A stretch of DNA of 64,000 nt from Eledone cirrhosa (taxonomy: Eukaryota). Positions within the stretch are counted from its first letter, which is position 1. Each line of letters begins with the position of its first letter. The position numbers and the translations under genes were made by a program. Positions 13,491-25,245 of the stretch are shown here, in pieces. The notes under the pieces are model-generated. The model was given only the letters and a program-made list of their open reading frames with translations. It ran no database searches and had not been told where the DNA came from. The stretch covers positions 106,888,001 through 106,952,000 of the forward strand of contig OZ024742.1 in the NCBI GenBank assembly GCA_964016885.1, written 5' to 3'.

Positions 13491-14799
13491 CAGACAAATT
13501 ATTATTAGTGCTGGACAAATCCTTTTGGCTCTTTACACTATGAATTCAAATCCCACCAAAGCCAACTTTGCCTTTCATCCACCTGGGGTCGATAAAATAA
13601 AGCTACCAGTCAAGTACCGGTGTCAATATTTCTAGCCTTGTCACCATTGATCTCACTATTAATTATTTAATTACCATCATTAAAATGTATTAAAATTATA
13701 GTATAGTAGGAGATGGTGTGGAACAGAGAAGCTGTGCAAATCTTATCAGAATTTAAACAATGATAACAAAAAGCAAAAACAAACACAGAGCAAGAAAAAA
13801 AAAAGAAACAACTGAGATATTGGGGGGGGGGGGGGGGGGGGCTTTCCTCATCTCCAGCATTATGTCAAGAAGACCTACTAGCAGAACATGATGGATTCTA
13901 AAGATGCTGAGAACTAGAAATAAAACCATCTATATAGTCTCACACAATTAACTGCCTTGACATGTCTCAGTTGTGTTGTAGACAATACAATGCTACCTGC
14001 AAGACTGATGCTTTCTTACAATAGCTCCATTGAAAAATACAATTCTCTTCAAGCACATGCATGTACATGTGTGACTGTGAGTGTGTATGCATGTGTGTGA
14101 GAGTGTGTGAAAGAGTAGATCAGAGAAGAAATCAAATCAAATCAAATCAACAGTCAACTTGAAAACTGATGTTTCATATGTTTAAATAAATGGAAATGAA
14201 CACATTGGTGAGAAGAAAGGAAGACTAAAGCAAACATCAGTGATATGTCAGTTTAATTGTTAATCATTGTATTCAATAAAGATATTACCAATAGTTATTA
14301 CAGACATAACATAAAATATAATGTGGTGATAATGTACAGACAAGACTAACCCTATTTAAATCTTCCATTGTCATATTTCTAATGACATACACTATATTTA
14401 AATTAATTAATGAACCATTTGGAAGGATTTACTAAAATCATTAATCATTTTAATATTAAGATAGTATTTGTAACATAACTTAAGTTTTTATATCAAAATA
14501 CATTGAAATATTTTAACTTAAGAGAAACCCTTTAAAACAGGTGGTTTTGTTTCATAAAACCAGAGGTGGTTTTGGGTGGATTTGTATCAAAAAGCCATTA
14601 CCAAAGGTTATCAAAGATGTAACACAAGGTATTGTGATGATAGTGTTCATGTCAACCCTTTTGATACAAACTGTTTTGTTTATTTTAAAAGTTTATATTT
14701 ACTTAAACATTTTTCATCATAATTTTAATAGAAAGTTAGTTATGTTGTTAAATCCCTCTAAACTCTTAATTATTTTCAAAATGATGTGAAAATCACAGG

Positions 14800-15945
14800 C
14801 ATCATCATCTTCGTTTAACGTCCATTTTCCACGCTAGCATGGGTTAGACGGGAGTTGTCCCACTTGAGGCAAGGCTGGTCGGGTGACCGTGTCTCGCTCA
14901 TATAGGACTATCTGGCAGGTTTTCTACGGTTGGATGCCCTTCCTAACACCAACCACATTTACAGTGTGGAACTGAACTTTTTACCGTGTTATCTACATGG
15001 CCACATTACAGCATGGACTGTGTGTGTTTTTTGTCGAGACACCTACACGATCTCGATCTCATTTTCTCGTGCTGTTGGTGGGAGTGGGAGGATAGGGTAG
15101 GGGTAGTGGATTGGGGTGTATATTTGGTTAAGAGGTGCCTACTGACTGTAGGTTTCGCTTTGTACATAGGCAAGGCGGGTCTTCTGAATTACTGTGTAGC
15201 GCCAAAGATCTCGGTCCAGAGACATTTTGTCTTAGAGAGATGTAAGTGTGTGAGGTCGGAATTTATCAGATCGTCCCAGGTTTTTCTGGGTCTACCTACT
15301 CCGTAACTACCATCAATTTTGATCGCTCTGCACTTTTTTATGCAGCTGTCATCTTTCATGTGCATCACGTGACCATACCACGTAGTCTTCTCTCAAGCAA
15401 ACAGCATCTGATCCCTCTTATTCCTAATTTCTCACTTAGTTCATTTATGCTTTGCCGTTCACGTATATTACTATTACACATCCATCGGAGCATGCATGCT
15501 TCGTTCCTTTCCAGTCTACACAGTCCTCTGCATGTAATGCCCATGTCTCACTGATATGTAGCATTGCTGTTCGTATACAAGCATCATACAATCTGCTTTT
15601 CATTTTTAGAGAGAAACCTTTTGTGGCCAACAGTGGTATAAGCTCTCTGAACTTTTTCCATCCCGTTCTGACTCTGGCTACTGTACTTTCAGAACACCCT
15701 CCACCACTGCTGATTTCGTCACCCAGGTAATGGAAAGTGTCTACTATTTCTATAGAACCTTCTGAGCAATAGAAGGAGCTAGTATCCTTTGGACACTTGC
15801 TACTTATTGCACCTGAGCATTGGCCACATATAAAGTCTATGTTCTTAGATAGTTTACCTGTGATCCCACTACATCTTTTATGTACCCATACTTTGCATTT
15901 GGGACATAAATGGAATTTCTGCCTACTCCTTTCCTACACACTAAC
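14800..15945 (-). mobile_element. 5'-truncated RTE LINE (post-RT Cys-rich region, C-terminus, 3'UTR, (GAT)n tail)
   Basis: [22 protein letters not shown] etc., with frameshifts; tail catcatcatc at ~14800. Confidence 0.9.
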
Positions 15946-16704
15946 ACTAACCTTGTTTAACTGCTATAACCTAGGGTTATATTACAGATATGTCACTAGG
16001 TACAATTATGAGAGTGTACAGACAAAACTGTTTAAATGTTACTATACTCTAATGACTGCCAATTCACTAACTGTACCTTCCCCATAAAATTTATAGTCTC
16101 ATGTTTATGTTATGAATTATTAATTTCCAGCAAATTTGGAGGAAGGACAAAGTTGATTAAATCACCCTCATTGTCACTAGTACTTTATTTTATCAACTCC
16201 AGAAGAATGAAAGGTGAAGGTAAACTTGATGGGATTTAAACTTAGGATGTTGAGAGTCAAAAGACATACTACGATGACATAATTATTATTATTTATGGCA
16301 CAGAAAGGTGAAAGAGAGAGAGGTTAATTCAAAATATAGCTTGGATAATTTTATCTTTCACGGGTGTTTTGTTTTTTTTCTTAAAAATCTGTGGGTATTC
16401 ACCACTAGAGACAGCTTGACTGGCTGAGTGTAAAATACATTTTGTTTAGGATAAAAACGATGGCAGGGGGGTTAGAGCCATGGAAGGGTTTTACTGAGAG
16501 AGAGAAACGTATTTAAAAAGCATTAATACATTGAAATAATTGAAAATAGAGAACCACAAAAAGGAGAGAGAGAGACGTTAATTTAAAATATAGCTTGGAT
16601 ATATATGAAAGAAAAAAATGCCAGGGTGATTACTATTAGAATATCTTCTTTAAGATGCCTGATCTGGTTTAAAACAATACTACCAATAATAACAAATCAG
16701 TTAC

Positions 16705-16789
16705 CTAATAATTGGACTAAGTTTGGATGCTTCATTTCCTTCATGATGGCAGCTTCTTCAAGGAAGTCTTTTAAAGCCATGGTATCCTC
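16705..16789 (-). CDS. Abl: Abl kinase exon, alphaC helix (EDTMALKDFLEEAAIMKEMKHPNLVQLL)
   Basis: ttacag acceptor, gtaact donor; 85 bp, phase 0-1. Confidence 0.97.
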
Positions 16790-17717
16790 CTGTAACACAA
16801 AAATAACATTTTTAATTGAAATCTTCACAAACCTCCATAACAATTCTAGACTTCCTGGGACACATAAAACTGAAAAAATTTCATGACAGTGTCCAACACT
16901 TTTTTTTTTCCTTTTTTTAACCCTTTTAATACCAGAAACTATCCCTAGTTCTACAATAGTAATTATTTTAATTTTAATATATTTATCATCATCACCGTTT
17001 AATGTCCATTTTTTCCATGCTAGCATACTCCAAACACCAGCTTGATAATGAGAAAATTAGTTATATTATTAAATCCTTCCCAATACCCCCCCCCCCCCCC
17101 CCACACACACACACCAAAAAAAAAAAAAATTAGGCAGTCTTTCATTGGAAATATGGTAAGAAAAGGGTTACTTTCTTTATTATTCTATTTTGGGAGGTGT
17201 ACACATTTGACAAGTGATTTAATCTAAGATCATGTGATGAAACTGAAACATTTACATCATGGAAAAGTTATGACAACTATTTAAAACACACATATATTCA
17301 CTTTTTGTTTTATTTTGTAACATTATTATGCTATCGTTGCAACTCACACCTGCACAGGTTTCACTGGCTCTCTATAATAATGTATTTTATAAGTGATTTC
17401 CAGGGTGTTTTAATGACAGAGACCTCAGTACTATCATGTCACCATTTTCCAGTGATAGAAGGCAAGATTTAAACTCAGAATGCACAGAACTGAAACAAAT
17501 ATTGCAAAGTATCTTGTTGCATGCCCAAACAATTTCACCAATCCATCATCCTGGACTGATACTTTATTTATTAAGCTTAAAAGGATGAAAAGCAAAGTTA
17601 ATCTCAGCTAGATTTGAACTGTATGCAACAAGCTAGAATATATACTGTAAGACTTTCAATCTGATACTCTAACAACTGCCAATTTGCCACCATATAACAG
17701 TATCATATACTATAAAG

Positions 17718-17759
17718 CAGAGGTTCTCAAAGTGGTAGCGCCCACTTTGAGAACCTCTG
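17718..17759. mobile_element. 42-bp hAT (Charlie/Buster-like) micro-MITE
   Basis: 18-bp perfect TIRs CAGAGGTTCTCAAAGTGG / CCACTTTGAGAACCTCTG around a 6-bp spacer; 8-bp TSD CTATAAAG at 17710-17717 and 17760-17767. Confidence 0.85.
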
Positions 17760-17859
17760 CTATAAAGTGTCAGATATTTTGTTGCACATCTTATGCTTTG
17801 ACTATTTCCCTGCATTGTTTAGATTTATAATAGTCTAAAACATTATTTCTTAGACAGGC

Positions 17860-17955
17860 CGAGGTTAACTTTGCCTTTCATCCTTACGGGGTCGATAAAA
17901 TAAAGTACCAGTAATGTACTGGGTAATTGCTGGCCTTGTGCCTAAAGTAGAAACA
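17860..17955 (+). mobile_element. 5'-truncated SINE with 18-bp target-site duplication
   Basis: ttgcctttcatccttacggggtcgataaaataaagtaccagt core, seen many times in the window (e.g. 4.0, 13.5, 34.2, 53.9 kb); TSD attatttcttagacaggc at 17842-17859 and 17956-17973. Confidence 0.8.
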
Positions 17956-19364
17956 ATTATTTCTTAGACAGGCATTAAAGCCTTAACACTGGTTCTATGA
18001 TGAAAAACTGTTCTAGATTTAATTTTAAACCATTCATTATAATTTTATGCAAGAACTGTTATTAAGTTTCAAACACCAGCTTAATAATGAGAAAGTTATT
18101 TATATTACTAAATTCCTCAAAATTCTTCATTATTTTCAAAGCAACTTGAAAATCACAGGCAGTGTTTTTCATTAGAAATATGCTAAGAAAAGGGTTAAGA
18201 TTACAAAATGGGATGGTAGTGGGAAGTTGCAACTAATGTATGCCTTTCCCTAGAGGGCTTAGCAACAAAATAAGCAGAGCTGTTCATTTTAACAATGTTA
18301 ATAAGGAAATACATTGGTGTGTTTTTCATATTCAAACATAATTATAATAATTACTGCTTATTTATATATTTATTCATAATAATAAAAATAATAATAATAA
18401 TTGCTTATTTATTTATTCATAACAACAACAATATTAATTATAAATATAAATTATCAGAAGACTTTGAAGAACAAATAACAATTTGTGAACTTTCTTACAA
18501 GTGTATGTTTTCAAGGAAAATTTAATCACCATTCTTAACTAGCTAACAATAGATATGAACATTTAATTAAAAGCTTAACCTAGCTCTGAATTAATTATCA
18601 AAATGTTCTTTGGTGTTAAACAATCATATAACCTGAATATCTCAATTGTGAGTGGGTCCAGGAAGTTGGTATTGGACCAAAGAGAATGTGAACTCTGTCT
18701 CCCAGAGAAAAAGTACGAATGAAATCTGACACATATTAATTAACAACAGATCCTAAAATGAATTGAATTAAACAATAATTAACCCCAAAATAATATAATT
18801 CCATGAATTAAGTGGGAGATTTGGGGTCTTTGCTACAGTGACACTTTTTCATCTAGCAGCCACAGTTGCCAGATCAATTTCATAAAAAGTAGCACAAAAT
18901 TTTTCAAAAAGTAGTAGTAGATTGTGTTAGGAAGTAGCTCAGAATGAATATTTTGGTAGTAAATTAGTAGAAGGAAGCCGCAGTATATGTAGACCAAGAA
19001 AGACCTGGGCAGAGGTGGTGAGAGCTGATCACAAATCACTGAGACTTACAGAGGAGATGATGAAGGAATGCAGTGAGTGGAGAGATGCTGTGAAAAAAGC
19101 GACCCTTCCGACCCATGCAAGCGTGGAAAACGAATGTAAAAACAATGATAATGATGACGATGAAATTGATGTGATACAGAGATGTGTTTTTACTGACATT
19201 ATTTATTTTGTATATTTTATGAAATCTCTGATGACACAGGGTGGAATTAATTTCCTTGAGTCAATACTCAGATTGTAGTATAAAAGCATATCTATGTATG
19301 TATTAAAAATGGAGCTTAAGTGGGGTTTTTCACTATTTCTATTTTTCCTCACATTATTGTTGAA

Positions 19365-19472
19365 ATAAAGTGTCTTGCTGAAGGACAATGTATAGCCCAG
19401 TCCAGGAATTGAACTCGCGCCCTCACTGTTAGGCAAGTCCAATTCTCTAACCACTAAGCCCCACGCCTTCAC
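19365..19472 (-). mobile_element. tRNA-derived SINE head
   Basis: Pol III A-box-like GGCTTAGTGG and B-box GAGTTCAATTCC, followed by tgtccttcagcaagacactt; I see no complete cloverleaf. Confidence 0.7.
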
Positions 19473-19522
19473 AAAACTTCACACCTTGCTATACAGATTT
19501 TATATATAACTAATGGACTTAC

Positions 19523-19599
19523 CTTAAGTGTTTTCACAGCTACTGTTTTGTTGTATGTCTTCCATACAGCTTCATAAACGTCTCCATATTGTCCTCCAC
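19523..19599 (-). CDS. Abl: Abl kinase P-loop exon ([26 protein letters not shown])
   Basis: tcaag acceptor, gtaagt donor; 77 bp, phase 1-0; GxGxxG loop and VAVK lysine. Not shown in the ORF track. Confidence 0.97.
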
Positions 19600-20004
19600 C
19601 TTGATGAAAACAAAAACAAAAGTTCAATTATAACCACATCTTTTCTTACACAACTCTCACCTATCTTGGAAATTTGGATTTTTTTTATATATATATATAT
19701 ATATATATACTCATTGTAAATGAGGTTGGCGTTAGAAAGGACATCCAGCTGTAGAAACCAAGCCAAAATCAGTCCTGTATGAGCAAGACATGGTCACCTG
19801 ATCTGGCATTGCCCACAACAGGACAACTCATCTAACCCATGCTAGCATGGAAAAATGGACGTAAAACAGTGATGATGATGATAACATCCTCATCATTATT
19901 GTCATTTTTGCATTGAATTTTCCATTGTAGCATAGGTGGCTGAGACTTTTGGAGGCAATGTTTTAAAGCCAAATGCCCTTCCTGACATCAATCCTGTTTG
20001 TCAC

Positions 20005-20920
20005 TTCTTACGACAGTGAAACATGGGCCTTGACTGCAGAAGACCTGCAGAAGCTAGAAAGAAATGAGCTGGGTATGCTCCGATGGATGTGTAATGTTAG
20101 TGTGCTTGAGCGACAAAGTATACACAAACTGAGGGAAAAACTTGGCATAAGAGGAATTGGTTGTTGTGTGAAAGAGAGAAGACTGCGTTGGTATGGCCAT
20201 GTGATGCACATGGAAGATGGCAGCTGCATAAAAAAATGCAGAGAAACCCCAGTGGCTGGGACCCATCGAAGAGGCAGACCCAAGAAGACATGGGATGAGG
20301 TTGTAAGGACTGACATTAAAAAGCTAAACCTTACAACAGAGATGACTAAAGACTGAGAGGGAAGGCGCTACTCAGTGCTGAACAAGACTCAACCAGCAGC
20401 TTACAATGTAACCTGACCTACCCTTCCACTAGCACTGCCTAACAGTAATTATCAACATCACTATTTCATCCCCCACCCCCAACACACACATGCATTCCTG
20501 GCAGCTTCGCCTTTCCTGTGAAGTGGTTGGTGATAGGAAGGGCTTCCAGCCATGGAGTTGCCAAACAAACAAATAAAGGTTTGGGAGGACCCTTCAGTCA
20601 TGTCATGGACATGACAGCCTCCCTAATGTTGGTGATCTACATGATAAATGCACCCAGTACACACTGTAAAGTGGTTGGTGATAGGAAGGGCATCCAGCCA
20701 TAGAAATCTTGACAAACAAAGGGTTGGGTGACCCCCAGTTGTGTCAAAGGCATGATAACCTCTCCTGAGCACCCGATGGAATATGAGACTTTAAATAAGT
20801 GAGACACATATCCCTGGCTTGCTTGGGAGATCAGTGGCTCCACATAGTACGGACTTGGTCTATATAAATCTGTCCAACCCTTGCTAGCAGATGTTAAAAC
20901 GACAATGATGATGATGATGA
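20005..20920 (+). mobile_element. 5'-truncated RTE LINE (C-terminus, 3'UTR, (GAT)n tail)
   Basis: ORF 19973-20356 SETWALTAEDLQKLERNELGMLRWMC...[12 protein letters not shown]...GRPKKTWDEVV; tail at ~20903-20920. Confidence 0.9.
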
Positions 20921-21189
20921 TATGACATGTAGGGATAAAGTTTATCGATTCTAAATCAGATACACATGGCATATAAATGTGTGTGTATGTCTCACTCTCT
21001 CTTTCTCTCTCTCTATAACTCTTCCATGCTAGCATGGGTTAGATAGGACTTTTTGAGGTAATGTTTTGCAGCAGGATGCCCTTCCTGACACCAACTTTTT
21101 TAGTTGCTTCTTATATGCAAGAATAGACCGTACCTATTCTTAACTGGATATGCAGTCTACATATATATATAAAACTTCATCTTGACCCA

Positions 21190-23760
21190 CATATACCTAG
21201 GAAGACCATGGGGGCAGAGTCCTCAAATACTCCTAGCGGATCCTCAAGCAAGACCAGCCAAGCTCATGGATGTTATCCGACCATCTTGCTCAGGATCTAC
21301 CCCTGGGTCTCCTGCTGGTGGGTTTTGCCCATAAAATCTATTCTGTGAGTCTTTCCCGGGACATTTTAATCACATGCCTGGAATATTGGAGCTGTGATCT
21401 CTCAATTTCAAGAAGTAGCAGCTCTCCCTGAGCTATGCACTCTATTGAGGAACCACTTATACTCATGATCATATTCTTTCAGTCATTACCCAAGATTCAT
21501 GACCTTAGGTGAGGGTTGGCATAAATACTGAGTAGAAGATAGTGAGTTTGGCTTTTACACCTACCTCCCTTCTTCTGATTACCAAATGATGAAGCTGGTG
21601 CATTACTGTGCCAGCTCCTGCAATTCTTGCACTTAATTCAGCCTCCTGCATTCCATTACTCATGAACATGACCCCGATATACTTGAACTTCTCTACTTGC
21701 TTCAGTGGAAATCCACTCACACGTAGAGTGTACTGTGCAGGATTCTTTGTGAGGATAAGTGTCTCAATCTTCGCAGCACCAATTTTCATTCCGATCATGC
21801 AGCACTCGGCAGTAAATCTATCAAGTGCATGTCAGAGATCACTTTTTGATGAGTTAAGTAATACCATGTTGTCTGCAAATTCCAGCCAACTGATCTTGCA
21901 CATGCCAGTCTCGATACTACTTCCAGCCTGGCTGTGCATGTCAATCCTGTTCATGATGAAAATGAACAGGAGAGGTGATGAAGTCCAACACCCACATTGA
22001 ATGTTTTCAATTTAGCACCATTTATCCAAACACAAAGAAAAGGGTATTTGTATAGAGACTTTGGGGCAACAAGGAGCTGCGAACCAATCCCATACTCCTG
22101 CAGAACCTTCCACAACAGATCCCATGGAATGCAGTCATATTCCTTTTCAAGGTATATGAAACAAGAATATGCCCATTTAGCAATACTCCAACAATTTCTC
22201 AAAGACCTACTGCAATGTGAATATTTGGTCAGCTGTGCTGCGCCCGGGATGAAAACCCCACTGTCTGTCAACTAGCTTGGACTCGACAATCTCCCTACAT
22301 TTCTTTATCAGACACTTAGCATAGACTTTACTGGGGAGGTTTAACAAGGAGATCCCTCTATATTTGGAACAACCTCTCATCTCCTTTTTTGTAAATTGAG
22401 ATTATCACTCTCGACTGCCATTACTTAGGTGTCTTCCCAGAGATCCAGGCCACCTGTTACACTCAAGTCAGCCAGAGAATAGCTTCTCTATTTAAGTCTT
22501 TTAACATCCCGGGCTGAATCTCATCCTCCTCGGCTGACCACAATTGAGCTTTTTAATTGCTCTTGTGGCCTCAACCACCAAGAGGTTAGTCATCACTCTC
22601 AGATGCACATCAGCAGATGCTGTTGTGACTGGGTTTAGTGGATCAGCAATGTATTCTCTCTGCCTTGTGAGGATGTACTTCTCTGAAAAAAGGAGAACTC
22701 CTGATGTGTTCCTGATAACAGGAGTGGGGGATGACTTCTTATAAAGATTTGCTGATCTGAAGTCAGATTCCAGCTTAACCCCAAAGTCTTCCCATGTCTT
22801 AATCTTGGGTACCTTTACTTTCTCTGCTGCGACTTTTCATTCCTGCTTGTACCGCAAATGCAAGAAGTAGGAATAATTTCTAAGCCAAGCTTTGTAAGCC
22901 TCCTTCTTTGTTTGGATGGCATCTTTAACCACTTGATTGAACCAAGGGATTCTTTAGCGACCCTGCATCACACCGAGCTGCTTTTGCTCACAGCATTTAA
23001 CAGCTGAAGCAAACACTGCCGTGCTGAACAGTCTACTCCATTTCAACATCCTTAGTTTGCTCAGGAAGTTCTCTGAATTTGGATGCAATAGTATCAGCAA
23101 ACCTGTTCCTGACTTTCTTATCTGCCAGAGCTTCCCATTTTACACTATAGGGCAAGCTGGACCTGCAAGTTTTGTGGGCTCTCTTAGCTTTAGATAATCT
23201 CTGGCTGCAGATAACTAGATGATAATCAGTTGACAGCTCAGCCCTTCTTTTAACACAAACATAGAATCAAAGTGATCAGAGACAATAAAAAAAATCAGTT
23301 ATTAATCTCTGTCCCTGATTCCCCTTATACCATGTGTATTTATGGGTATCTTTGTGCTGGAAGAAGGTGTTCATAATAGAGAGCCCATTATTAGAACAGA
23401 AGTCTAATAAGGCCTTTCCATTCATATTTAGATTGGAATTACCGTTCCCTTCAATCACTTTCTTCCATGCCAGGTGATCAGTGCCAACATGTATATTGAT
23501 GTCTACCATGAGGATATATGACTCAGTCTTTACATCTAATGCTACAGTGACTTCATCAGACTCTTTGTTTGGTGCATTAACTTGCACCACCCACAGAGGC
23601 CTATCTTTCAATCTAAGCTTCAAGAGGCAAATCTTCCCTCCCAATGGGATCTAGTTCATAACACATTCTGACAGCCAGGAGCTTGTGAGTATGCCCACTC
23701 TTGACTGTGCAGTCTTTTCTGGCACCATACTTGAATAGTAGAGCTTCCATCCTCCATTCA
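21190..23760 (-). mobile_element. Degenerate near-full-length RTE-clade LINE (endonuclease plus RT), a different subfamily
   Basis: Broken ORFs: VQVNAPN...MNTFFQHKDTHKYTWY (endonuclease); YRGISLLNLP, CFIYLEKEYDCIPW, LEFADNMV and LKQVEKFKYIG (RT). Confidence 0.85.
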
Positions 23761-23765
23761 AATCT

Positions 23766-23821
<56 letters not shown>

Positions 23822-23950
23822 TGTAAAACATTAATTCAGCATGGAAGACATATATATATGTGTGTAAAAGGTAAACAGAAATAACAACACAATCGGTACA
23901 GTATATGGAAGGGATATATTAGGTTAACGCTTGATATAGCAGGAAGAGGG

Positions 23951-23986
23951 TCTTAACGTTTCAGATGCTAGTCCTTCATCAGAAGA
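23951..23986 (-). ncRNA. Candidate minimal type I hammerhead ribozyme (Penelope-like pLTR remnant)
   Basis: UCUU-CUGAUGA-AGGACUAGCAUCU-GAAACGUU-AAGA: intact core, 4-bp stem I, short stem II, palindromic stem III. The cleavage triplet appears to be GUU (suboptimal). Confidence 0.55.
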
Positions 23987-24459
23987 AAGAATGAGAAATA
24001 AGATAGATTGAGGGGACGGGCAGGTTGGAAATGGAAAAAAATGTCTTTAGATAAAAATAACAGGTCCATTCATGTTGACATCTCTTATAAGTCTCCCATG
24101 CTCTCTGACACCAAATCTTTTAGTTGCTTCTTACAACATGCAGTTATACAGTGTACCTATTCTAAAGTACTTACTTATATATTAGATAATCAGATGAGGA
24201 AGCAGTGTCCATGACTTTCTCGGATTCATTTCAATTGAAGATATTTTAAAATTGTGTATGTAGTGTTTATTGGGGTGGGCAATCCAGATTACAATTTTGG
24301 GGGAGAAAGGACTAGATAAAATGTCCAGTGGGGTCAAGGAATTAGATTGTAGTAATTTTACATCTCAACAGCTCAATACTATAATTATAGATAAAATTTG
24401 GCAATTTTCCTCCACCAAAAATCTCTGTAGTTGACATTCACTGCTACATTCTGAAGCTA

Positions 24460-24930
24460 CCACCGGCTTCCCAGCACTACATGTTATAATTATCTCCTTC
24501 CACCACTACAACCTGCAGCTATCTCCTCCATCACCCCTACATACAATAGTTATGCCCCCACTCTTCAATCTATAGCTGTCCTCCACCTCTACACACTATA
24601 GCTATCTCCTACCACCACTACATACTATAACTACCTCCCACACCACTACAATCTATAGCTACCTCCCACCACCACTGCATATTATAACTATCTTCCCCCC
24701 GCCACCACCACCACTACAATCTATAGCTACCTCCCACCACCACAACATATAATAACTATCTTCACCCCCCACCACCACCACTATAATTTATAGCTATCTC
24801 CCCCACCACTATATACTATATCTATCTCGCTCCACCACCACCACCACTATAATTTATAGCTATCTCCCCCACCTCTATATATATATATAGCTATCTCACT
24901 CCACTCTACAACCTATAACTATCTTTTACT
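24460..24930. repeat. Degenerate ~30-bp minisatellite (ctatagctacctcccaccaccactaca-like)
   Basis: Directly visible imperfect tandem units. Confidence 0.8.
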
Positions 24931-25171
24931 ATGACACTTCCTGAAAATGCCCCCCCCCCCCACACACACACACTATATTTCCTTGTTCCCTCACCCCATG
25001 TGACCACTATTTCTACGGTCACCACTACCACCAGCACTATTACTTCATATACTATGGATTGTGTTATCATCAGTGCGTCTTATACTCTAGCATTTAAACA
25101 CAGAGAGCCACTACATCCACTCACCATGCCACCACGGTATCACTGAGAGGCAAGAATGATAAGATCAAAGG

Positions 25172-25188
25172 AACAACAACAACAACAA

Positions 25189-25229
<41 letters not shown>

Positions 25230-25245
25230 GCAGCAGCAGCAGCAT
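25172..25245. repeat. (CAA)n(CAG)n microsatellite
   Basis: Direct reading. Confidence 0.9.

Noticed and set aside
19365-19472. tRNA gene
   Set aside because: A and B boxes are present, but it lacks acceptor-stem pairing and continues into SINE body sequence.
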